Positions 9,976 through 17,610 of a DNA stretch of 64,000 nucleotides are shown piece after piece; the stretch's first letter is position 1; each line of letters starts with the position of its first letter. A program made the translations under genes and the position numbers. The stretch is from Armatimonadota bacterium (lineage in GTDB: Bacteria; Armatimonadota; SYMT01). The notes beneath the pieces were generated by a model that had not been told where the DNA came from, searched no databases, and worked only from the letters and a program-made list of their open reading frames with translations. Location: NCBI GenBank assembly GCA_041690135.1, contig JAWLHY010000008.1:96001-160000 (forward strand), read 5' to 3'.

Positions 9976-10752
9976 ATGCGGCTCCACTGCGAAACCCGTG
10001 AGACATCTGTATGGCGTGTGCAGCTTGAGCCAAACGCCGAGGGACGCACGCTCCTGAACCCGGCCGGGCTGCGAGACCTCGAAGCCGTGCTGACGCGCCT
10101 GGAGGCGGCTGAGCACTGCCGCGTGCTGCTGCTGGAGGGCGTGCCGGGTGAGTTCTGCTCCGGGATGGACCTGCAAGCGGCCCTGGAGCGCCGGGAAGAG
10201 GTTGCCGATGATCTCCGGCGGTATGCGGGGTGCCTGCGGAGGCTGCGGGAGCTTGCCTGCGTAGTGGTAGCGGTGGCGGATGGTCGCGTGATGGGGGGCG
10301 GGGTCGGTCTCGCCGCCGTCGCCGACCTAGTGTTGGCAACGCCCCGGGCCTCGTTCGCCCTGCCGGAGCTGGCGCTGGGGCTGATTCCCTCCCTTGTGCT
10401 GGCGGTGCTCTCCGAGCGGATGCCGCCGCAAAAGGCGCGCCGCCTGGTGTTGACCGGACAGCCGATCTCAGCGGAAAAGGCCGAAGCATTTGGTTTGGTG
10501 GACCAGTTGGTGGAAATCGAGGCGCTGCCGCAAACCGTTTCGGGCCTGCTGCGCCAGCTCCTGCGAGAGGATCCGCGATCGGTCGCACGGCTGAAGCGAT
10601 TTTCCCGGGGATTGGAAGGTCGGCCACTGTCCGCGGCGCTCGAGGCCGGTTGGCGGCAAACGGCCGGCGACCTGGCGGACCCGGCCATCCGCGCCGGCCT
10701 CCAGGGGTATCTGGAGGGGGAGCTGCCCCCCTGGTTTGAGCGGCGCGCATGA
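9976..10752 (+). CDS. Enoyl-CoA hydratase-like dehydratase ECH1 (PksH-like)
   Basis: FCSGMDL, GGGVGLAAVADL, FALPELALGLIP crotonase motifs. Directly follows the HMG synthase. Start ATG 9976. Confidence 0.88.
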   Translation: MRLHCETRETSVWRVQLEPNAEGRTLLNPAGLRDLEAVLTRLEAAEHCRVLLLEGVPGEFCSGMDLQAALERREEVADDLRRYAGCLRRLRELACVVVAVADGRVMGGGVGLAAVADLVLATPRASFALPELALGLIPSLVLAVLSERMPPQKARRLVLTGQPISAEKAEAFGLVDQLVEIEALPQTVSGLLRQLLREDPRSVARLKRFSRGLEGRPLSAALEAGWRQTAGDLADPAIRAGLQGYLEGELPPWFERRA

Positions 10753-11501
10753 ATCCGATTCTCCTCGAAATAGACGCCGATGGGGTGGCGGTGCTCCACA
10801 TGCGCGACGTGGCGGGGCGAAACGCGTTCAGCCGGCCCTTCGTCGAGGCGCTGGTCGAAGGTTTGGGCGGACTCGCGGACGAGCGCGTCAAAGTCGCCGT
10901 GCTCCGGGGGCTGGACGACGTCTTCTGCGCTGGCGCAGACCGCGAATTGCTGCTCGAGCTGGCGGAGGGCCGCCTTAGCCCTTACGACCTGCTGCTCACG
11001 CGCACGCTGCTAGAGGTGCCGGTTCCGACGATCGCCGCCATGGCGGGCCACGCGGTGGGCGGCGGACTGGTCCTCGGGCTTGCCTGCGATATGGTGGTCC
11101 TGGCGCGCGAGAGCCGCTACGGCTGCAACTTCATGGATCTCGGCTTCACGCCGGGGATGGGCGCTACGGGCCTGCTCCAGGCCGCGGTCGGGGAATACCT
11201 GGCGGCGGAGATGCTTTACAGTGCCCGATATGTGCGGGGCTCGGAGTTGGAAGGGCGGTCCGGAGTCAACGCCGTGCTCCCCAAGGCGCAGGTGTTGGAA
11301 CGCGCGCTGTCCCTGGCCGCGCGGATCGCCGGGATGGAGCGATATGCCCTCCGTATGCTCAAAGAAGCCCTCGTCACTCCCCGTCGTCGCGCGTTCGAGG
11401 AAGCGCGCGCGGTGGAGACGCGGATGCATGAAACCTGTTTCGCCCGTCCCGAGGTCCGGCAGCGGATCCGGGAGAATTATCCGGACCTGGAACGAAACTG
11501 A
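10749..11501 (+). CDS. Enoyl-CoA hydratase-like decarboxylase ECH2 (PksI-like)
   Basis: AMAGHAVGGGLVLGLACD, NFMDLGFTPGMGAT (PksI-type signature), C-terminal MHETCF His. Confidence 0.9.
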   Translation: MNPILLEIDADGVAVLHMRDVAGRNAFSRPFVEALVEGLGGLADERVKVAVLRGLDDVFCAGADRELLLELAEGRLSPYDLLLTRTLLEVPVPTIAAMAGHAVGGGLVLGLACDMVVLARESRYGCNFMDLGFTPGMGATGLLQAAVGEYLAAEMLYSARYVRGSELEGRSGVNAVLPKAQVLERALSLAARIAGMERYALRMLKEALVTPRRRAFEEARAVETRMHETCFARPEVRQRIRENYPDLERN

Positions 11502-12238
11502 TGGTGCGCGACTTCCAAGAACGAGCGGTGTACGTGGCCGGGTGCGGGTGCGGGCCCGGCCCGGCGGTGGCGCTAGCTTTTTCCCGCGCGGGAGCGCGAG
11601 TCTACTTCGCGCCCGGCTGCAGGGCGGTTTCCGAGAGGGCACAACGGGACAACCTTGCCATAACAGTCGGCCGGTATGTGGTCGTATTCGAATCCGGTAA
11701 CCCGGAGGCGGAAGTGGCGGAGTTTGCTGCTTCCGCAAGATCCGCAGGGTCGCCGGATGATGCCGCACAGATCGACATCTTTGTCTGGTGTGCATGCTCC
11801 ACGCCGCCCAGTGATATGCAGCCAGGCGGTTTCGAACGGCTGCAAGAAGCGGTGGGAGAAGACAGTTGGCCGTTCGTCGCGCGGCTCCACGCTCTTCGGA
11901 AGGCAAATGGCCGTTACCCCCGCTATGCGGTTGCGCTGGCCGCACCGCTTGAAGGTAATCCTGACGGCGCCGCGACACTGGCGACGGAGGTGTTGGAAAC
12001 GCTCGTCCGGTATCACGCCACACACCTCCGCCCGGAGGGCGTGCGGGTCAACGCCGTGCGCGCGGCCGGTGGAGAGACCTCCGTCTCCCCACGTGAAGTT
12101 GCCGGTACGGTCCTCGCCCTCTGCAGCGGCCTCCTGGATGCAATGTCCGGCCAGGTCCTCCGGGTGGGGTCGGCATCACCTGCCGGGATGAGTAGCTGGC
12201 TGGCTGACCCGTCATCCGAGAAAGGAGCTTCCGGATGA
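11501..12238 (+). CDS. Degenerate SDR, paralogue of the FabL-like enoyl reductases, lacking catalytic Tyr/Lys
   Basis: Shares SWP...RYPRYAVAL...LETLVRY...GVRVNAVR...LCSGLLDAMSGQVL with 12235 and 16804. The Gly motif is GCGCGPG and there is no YxxxxxxK. Confidence 0.75.
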   Translation: MVRDFQERAVYVAGCGCGPGPAVALAFSRAGARVYFAPGCRAVSERAQRDNLAITVGRYVVVFESGNPEAEVAEFAASARSAGSPDDAAQIDIFVWCACSTPPSDMQPGGFERLQEAVGEDSWPFVARLHALRKANGRYPRYAVALAAPLEGNPDGAATLATEVLETLVRYHATHLRPEGVRVNAVRAAGGETSVSPREVAGTVLALCSGLLDAMSGQVLRVGSASPAGMSSWLADPSSEKGASG

Positions 12239-13083
12239 ACCCGAACGATTTCCGGGGCCGGGGAGTACTGGTTACGGGGGGAACCCAGGGGATCGGCCTG
12301 GCGGTGGGCCTCGCTTTCGGGCGGCTCGGCGCCGACGTCTTCCTGACCCATCGCTGGGGCTCCGCGGACGAAGCGGAACTCCGGGAGCGGTTCCGCGAGG
12401 TAGGCGCGGCGCCTCCGTCCATCCTGGAGGCGGACGTTTCCCAGGAAGAGGATACCTGCGCCGTGATGGAGCAGATCCGCGAGCACTGCGGCCGTCTCGA
12501 CGTGCTGGTGAGCAACGTCTCCTTCGCCCGGATTGCCGCCGAGCCGGCCAGCCTGCGCTGGCGGGACCTGACCCGCGGCTTACGGTATAGCGCCTGGCCG
12601 TTGGTGGAGTACCTGCAGGCGTGTCGCCGTGAGTTGGGATGCTACCCTCGCTACGCCGTGGCTCTCTCGTCCCGCGGGCCGGACATGTTCCTTCCCGGCT
12701 ACGACCTGGTAGCGGCCAGTAAGACGGTGCTGGAGATGCTCTGCCGGCAGCTGGCGACGGAGTTGCGAGAAGAGGGAGTCCGGGTGAATGCCCTCCGCGC
12801 TAACCCGGTCGATACGCGCTCCCTGGCTGCGACGTTCGGTCCCGAGTTTGCGGCGTTCTGCCGAAAGTATTACGGCGACGACTACCTGGTCCTGCCGGAA
12901 GAAGTTGCCGACGCGGTGGTGGCGCTCTGCAGTGGCTGGATGGACGGGGTCTCCGGCGAGGTGCTGTTCGTCGATCGCGGCTGTAGCTTTTCAGACAACG
13001 TGGCCCGGCTTTACACGGAGCGAGCCCAATTGGGCCTGGAGGTGGAAGCCGATTTCTCGGAACCTATCGATACGAAAGGATGA
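12235..13083 (+). CDS. Enoyl-ACP reductase-like SDR (FabL/FabI-type)
   Basis: TGGTQGIG; YDLVAASK (Y-x6-K spacing of enoyl-ACP reductases); GVRVNALR. Confidence 0.8.
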   Translation: MNPNDFRGRGVLVTGGTQGIGLAVGLAFGRLGADVFLTHRWGSADEAELRERFREVGAAPPSILEADVSQEEDTCAVMEQIREHCGRLDVLVSNVSFARIAAEPASLRWRDLTRGLRYSAWPLVEYLQACRRELGCYPRYAVALSSRGPDMFLPGYDLVAASKTVLEMLCRQLATELREEGVRVNALRANPVDTRSLAATFGPEFAAFCRKYYGDDYLVLPEEVADAVVALCSGWMDGVSGEVLFVDRGCSFSDNVARLYTERAQLGLEVEADFSEPIDTKG

Positions 13084-13355
13084 AGATGATCACACGGGAA
13101 GCGGTCTTTGAAGTCGTAAAGCGGAACCTGGGGGAAGTGGTGGAGGACCTGGAAGGGGTGGAGATCGATCCCAACCAGAGCATGGTCGAACTGGGCGCCA
13201 ACAGCCTCGACATCGTCGAGGTTGTCTCCTGCAGCATGCGCGAGTTGAAGATCAAAGTGCCCCGCGCGGAACTGTCGAAGCTCAAGAACATCGGGGAACT
13301 GGTGGATCTCCTCTACCGAGTAGCCCGCGAAAAGGAAGATCAGGGCGCCGCCTGA
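13080..13355 (+). CDS. Acyl carrier protein (AcpK/donor-ACP-like)
   Basis: Small protein with LGANSLD phosphopantetheine site. GANS is typical of beta-branching donor ACPs. Confidence 0.92.
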   Translation: MKMITREAVFEVVKRNLGEVVEDLEGVEIDPNQSMVELGANSLDIVEVVSCSMRELKIKVPRAELSKLKNIGELVDLLYRVAREKEDQGAA

Positions 13356-13374
13356 CCGGGCGGATACCGGCACC

Positions 13375-14898
13375 ATGCGCATTGCAGTGATCGGGGGAGG
13401 GGCGGCCGGGCTCACGGCAGCCTGGCGCCTGTCCCGGAAACACGAGGTGTCGCTTTACGAAGCGAACTCCTGGCTGGGCGGGCACGCGCGAACCGTGGAG
13501 GTTCCGGGACCGGGCAGGACTGTCCCTGTGGATATGGGGTTCCTCGTATTCCACGAGTGGATCTACACGAACTTTTCCGCGCTGCTCGCACATCTCGGCG
13601 TGGCTGCGGTGCCGACCCCGCCTCAGACCACTGCCGTGTCGTTCCCGGGTGGCGCGTGGAAAACGGGACTCGCGACGCCGTTCTGGAGCACCGTAAGCGA
13701 GGAAGCGGATCGTTTCCACCGGATGCTGCCCTCAGTTGTGGCCGATCCGGTCCGGTATGCCGGGTTGAAACTGGGCGACTTCCTGGACGGGAACGGGTTC
13801 TCGGAAGATTTCAAGTACAAGTGCGTGTGTCCGGTCGGCGGCTCTCGCTTCGTGACCCGGCGGGGCGTGCTGGAACTGTCGGTGCTGGAGTTTGCGGCCG
13901 GCTTTGGTCCGGTGGCGCTCTACTCCATCATCCAACCGACCTTCTGGCGGACCGTCGGGGGCGGGATGCGGGAATACATCGACCGCCTGGCAGGGGAGAT
14001 CACCGGGGAAGTTCACCCTTCCACACCCGTCCGGTCCGTCCAGCGGTCCCGCGGCGGCATCACCGTGACCCTGGCCGGTGGCCAGGTGGAGACGTTCGAT
14101 CAGGTGGTGGTGGCGACCGGCGCGGATGTGGCCCTCCGGTTGCTGGCCGATCCCAGCCCCGAGGAAAAGCTCCTGTTGGGTTCTTCCTACCAGGAGACGC
14201 GGGTGGTGCTCCATACGGACCCTTCCGTGATGCCGGACGACCGGAGCCTCTGGGCGGCAGACACCTACGTCACGCACGAGACCGCGCCCCCCTACCAGCG
14301 GGGCTGGGTGAGTTACTATCTGCCGGACACACAGCCCTGGGTGGATTTCGACATCTTCGTGACCGTGGGTGCTCCGGAAGGGCTGATCGCCCCCGACCGG
14401 ATCCTGGAGGAGCACCGGTGGCGCCACCTGGAGGCGGACAGTGTGCAGTTGCTGCGCTCCATGGAATTGCACCGGATCCAGGGGAAGCAGCGGACCTGGT
14501 TCTGCGGAGAGTACGCGGGAATGTACGGCGGTCACGAGTCCAGCGTGGTGACCGGCCTCGCCGTGGCCGCCGCGTTGGGCGCCGACTACCCCTTCACGGA
14601 AAATGCCGCGGCCTACCGGGTGTTCCTGGACACGGCCGTCAACCATATGCGCGTGCTGGACGGTCCGCGTCCGGCGGCCGATGCCACCTGGTGGCCGCCG
14701 GTGCTGGGTGAGGTGAACGCCCGGATGATCCGGGAAATCGCACGGGAAGAAGTGCGCGGGGTACTCCGGCAAAAGCTGCCCAGTCCCCTGGCGGCCCTAC
14801 TGGACCGGCTGCCCTGGATCGAGGATACCCTGGTCCGGCAGATCGCAGGGCGGATCTCGCTGCTGGAAGAGGCGGTCCGGCGCCAGCCGGAGGCCTGA
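13375..14898 (+). CDS. FAD-dependent oxidoreductase (COG2907/amine-oxidase-like, lipid-modifying family)
   Basis: IAVIGGGAAGL...YEA...LGGHART, VDMGFLVF, LHTDPSVMP, QGKQRTWFCGEY. Confidence 0.85.
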   Translation: MRIAVIGGGAAGLTAAWRLSRKHEVSLYEANSWLGGHARTVEVPGPGRTVPVDMGFLVFHEWIYTNFSALLAHLGVAAVPTPPQTTAVSFPGGAWKTGLATPFWSTVSEEADRFHRMLPSVVADPVRYAGLKLGDFLDGNGFSEDFKYKCVCPVGGSRFVTRRGVLELSVLEFAAGFGPVALYSIIQPTFWRTVGGGMREYIDRLAGEITGEVHPSTPVRSVQRSRGGITVTLAGGQVETFDQVVVATGADVALRLLADPSPEEKLLLGSSYQETRVVLHTDPSVMPDDRSLWAADTYVTHETAPPYQRGWVSYYLPDTQPWVDFDIFVTVGAPEGLIAPDRILEEHRWRHLEADSVQLLRSMELHRIQGKQRTWFCGEYAGMYGGHESSVVTGLAVAAALGADYPFTENAAAYRVFLDTAVNHMRVLDGPRPAADATWWPPVLGEVNARMIREIAREEVRGVLRQKLPSPLAALLDRLPWIEDTLVRQIAGRISLLEEAVRRQPEA

Positions 14899-14964
14899 CG
14901 CGAGGGGCCGGGACGGGTCCGGAGCGTGCCGTTTGAGCTGGGTATGAGAGGAGCATGCGAGAGT

Positions 14965-16224
14965 ATGAGCGGGGCGATGGAAGAACAGCTTTCGGTAACC
15001 GATTTCTACCTGGGCTCCGAGACGGATCCCCTTGCTCCACCGCCGGAGTTCGCGGAGTGGCTGCGAGCAACGGAGCCAGCCTGGAGCCTCTATGAGCGAT
15101 CGTTGTGCGCGGCGCCTACCGCGCGGACGCTTCTGGAAGTGCGAGGGCAACCCCATCCGGTCATCAACCTGACCTCGTACAACTACCTGGGGCTTTCGTG
15201 CCATCCGGAGGTGATAGCCGCGGCCCGCGAGACACTGGAAAGCTGGGGCACCGGCGCTTGTGGCTCGGCGATCCTCTCCGGGATGACCGTGCTTCACCGG
15301 GAGTTGGAACGCCAGATCGCCGGCTTGCTGGGCCGGGAGACCACCCTTTTGTTCAGCAGCGGCTTCGGCGGGGCATTGGGGCTCACTTCCGGGTTCCTCC
15401 GCCGGGGGGACGTCGCGGTGGTGGATGAACGGGTGCATATTTCCTTGATGGATGGCGTCCGACTTTCCGGGGCGCAGACGGCGACGTTCACTCACAACGA
15501 CCCGGCCGCTCTCGACCAGGTGCTGGCACGTTACCCGAACCGGCGCCGGGTGGTAGTCGTGGAAGGTCTTTATTCGATGGATGGCGATCTTCCCGATCTG
15601 CCGGCTCTGTTGGAAGTAGCCGAGGCGCATGGAGTGGGGCTGGTGATTGATGAAGCCCATTCCTTCCTCGCGTTTGGCGAGACGGGAGGTGGCATCACCG
15701 AACAGGCCGGCGTGCAGGACCGGGTCCGGTTGTTCTACGGAACCTTCTCCAAGGCGCTCGGCGGGATTGGTGGCTTCGTATCCGGTCCGGCGGATGCCCT
15801 GGGCTACATGCGCCTCTTTTCGCACCCCTATGCCTTCTCATGCGCCCTTCCCCCCCTGACGGTAGCCGGCTTGCTGGCAGGGCTCCGGGTGGCCACGCGC
15901 GATCGGACCCTCCGGGCGCGGTTATTGGAGAACGGCGAGTATTTCCGGAGGGGTCTGCAATCGATCGGTATCGACACCGGTCTTTCCACCACCCACGTGG
16001 TGCCGATCGTCCTCGGGCGGCGCCGGGACCTGCTCTACACGGCGGGGCACCAACTGGTAGAGCGCGGGTTGTTCCTCGCGCCGGTGGACTATCCCGCGGT
16101 GCCGGAAGACCAGGTGCGGTTCCGCGCCTCCGTGACGGCGATGCATACCCGGGAGGACCTGGACGAAGCGCTGCAAATCATCGAGGACGTGATCGCCCGG
16201 CCGCTACGCCGGGGCGTGGGCTAA
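14965..16224 (+). CDS. PLP-dependent alpha-oxoamine synthase (serine palmitoyltransferase-like)
   Basis: NLTSYNYLGL, GTGACGSAILSG, VHISLMDG, FTHND, EGLYSMDGD, IDEAHS, GTFSKALGGIGG (PLP Lys). Exact start uncertain (14926/14965/14977). Confidence 0.88.
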   Translation: MSGAMEEQLSVTDFYLGSETDPLAPPPEFAEWLRATEPAWSLYERSLCAAPTARTLLEVRGQPHPVINLTSYNYLGLSCHPEVIAAARETLESWGTGACGSAILSGMTVLHRELERQIAGLLGRETTLLFSSGFGGALGLTSGFLRRGDVAVVDERVHISLMDGVRLSGAQTATFTHNDPAALDQVLARYPNRRRVVVVEGLYSMDGDLPDLPALLEVAEAHGVGLVIDEAHSFLAFGETGGGITEQAGVQDRVRLFYGTFSKALGGIGGFVSGPADALGYMRLFSHPYAFSCALPPLTVAGLLAGLRVATRDRTLRARLLENGEYFRRGLQSIGIDTGLSTTHVVPIVLGRRRDLLYTAGHQLVERGLFLAPVDYPAVPEDQVRFRASVTAMHTREDLDEALQIIEDVIARPLRRGVG

Positions 16225-16248
16225 CCGAAGAGTTGTGAGAGGACGAAC

Positions 16249-16782
16249 ATGGACCCGGAAGAACTGCGAGCCCTGATCCGTACGGCCCGACGAAAGCCGC
16301 TGTTCGATCCTACGGTCGCCGGGGATCCTCGCGACCTGGGGCGAGAGCAGTTGGTCCGGATTTTGCCTCACCGGGGTACGATGCTGCTGCTGGACGGCAT
16401 CGACCGGGTGGACCTCGAAGGCGGTCGTATCGTCGGCCGCCGCCGCGTGGCGGCGGCCGATCCGGTGTTCGGCGACCATTTCCCGGGCTACCCGGTCTAT
16501 CCGGGGGTCCTCCAGGTGGAGATGATGGGGCAACTGGGTCTCTGCCTGGCCGTTTTCACGGATCGGGGCGCCGTTGAACTGCCGGAGGAGGGGAGAGCCT
16601 TGCAGGTGCGCCTCCTCCGGATCCACCATGCGCTCTTTGTGCAGGAGGTCCGTCCGGATGACCGCCTGACAGTGCTGGCGAAGGTGCTGCACGAGGACGG
16701 AACCACGATGATCTGTACGGGCCAGTTGCTTCGGGACGGGGAAGTGTTAAGTATCGCGGTGCTCGAGGCTTTCCGGGCCTAG
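16249..16782 (+). CDS. fabZ: 3-hydroxyacyl-ACP dehydratase (FabZ/FabA hot-dog fold)
   Basis: ILPHRGTMLLLD and FGDHFPGYPVYPGVLQVEMMGQ. Confidence 0.88.
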   Translation: MDPEELRALIRTARRKPLFDPTVAGDPRDLGREQLVRILPHRGTMLLLDGIDRVDLEGGRIVGRRRVAAADPVFGDHFPGYPVYPGVLQVEMMGQLGLCLAVFTDRGAVELPEEGRALQVRLLRIHHALFVQEVRPDDRLTVLAKVLHEDGTTMICTGQLLRDGEVLSIAVLEAFRA

Positions 16783-16803
16783 TCGGGAAAGAGGGGAGAG
16801 GGC

Positions 16804-17610
16804 GTGTTCGACTTACGGGGGAAGACAGTCCTGCTTACCGGCGGGACCATGGGGATCGGCCTCGCCACCGCGCTCAAGTTCGGAAGCGTGGGGGCGCGCA
16901 CGATCCTCACCTGCCGGTTCGGCTCGGCGGATGAGGACGAGGTCCGCAGCCAGTTCGCCGCAATAGATGCTCCCATGCCGCTGATCGTTCAGGCGGACGT
17001 GGCGAACGAGGAGGACACGGTTGCGCTGATGGACGAGATCGCGCGGGAGCACGACGGGGTCGATATCTTCATCTCCAACGTCTCGTTCGCGCTCCGGATC
17101 TCCGGGCTGGAGGACTACGATAAACGCGCTTTACTCCGGGGCATTGAGTACACGTCATGGCCCCTCTGGGCTTATACGCGGGCTCTCCGGGAGCGGTTCG
17201 GACGGTATCCGCGCTATGTCGTCGGGCTTTCCAGCGACGGCCCCGACTCCTACTACCTGAACTACGACTTCGTGGCGATGTCCAAGTCGCTTCTGGAAAC
17301 CCTCTGCCGTTACATGAATTACCGGCTCTTCGATGAAGGGGTGCGGGTAAACGTGGTCCGCTCGCGGATGATCGTGACTGAATCGATGCTCGCCACCTTT
17401 GGCGAGGATTTCGCGGAGTACCTGCGCCGCCTGAAGGTGGAGGAACTGAGCATCAGCCCCGATGACGTGGCCGGGGTGGTAGTCTCGCTCTGCAGTGGCT
17501 GGATGGACGCGGTCGCCGGCCAGGTGATCCGGGTCGACCGCGGCACGGCGTTCTTCGACAACACCATGGGGTTCTTCGAGCGGATCGAGCAAAGGCATGA
17601 GCCGCTCTAA
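16804..17610 (+). CDS. Enoyl-ACP reductase-like SDR (FabL/FabI-type), paralogue of 12235
   Basis: TGGTMGIG; YDFVAMSK (Y-x6-K); GVRVNVVR. GTG start with GGAG-rich RBS. Confidence 0.8.
   Translation: MFDLRGKTVLLTGGTMGIGLATALKFGSVGARTILTCRFGSADEDEVRSQFAAIDAPMPLIVQADVANEEDTVALMDEIAREHDGVDIFISNVSFALRISGLEDYDKRALLRGIEYTSWPLWAYTRALRERFGRYPRYVVGLSSDGPDSYYLNYDFVAMSKSLLETLCRYMNYRLFDEGVRVNVVRSRMIVTESMLATFGEDFAEYLRRLKVEELSISPDDVAGVVVSLCSGWMDAVAGQVIRVDRGTAFFDNTMGFFERIEQRHEPL

Noticed and set aside
8790-10799. 669-aa minus-strand ORF, and many other long antisense/overlapping ORFs in the track
   Set aside because: These are shadow ORFs of GC-rich genes opposite clear HMGS/ECH coding frames, with no recognisable motifs.
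14965-16224. Calling the AOS bioF
   Set aside because: No bio genes are nearby, and the ACP/FabZ/KDSR context favours lipid condensation. Family membership alone cannot fix the substrate.
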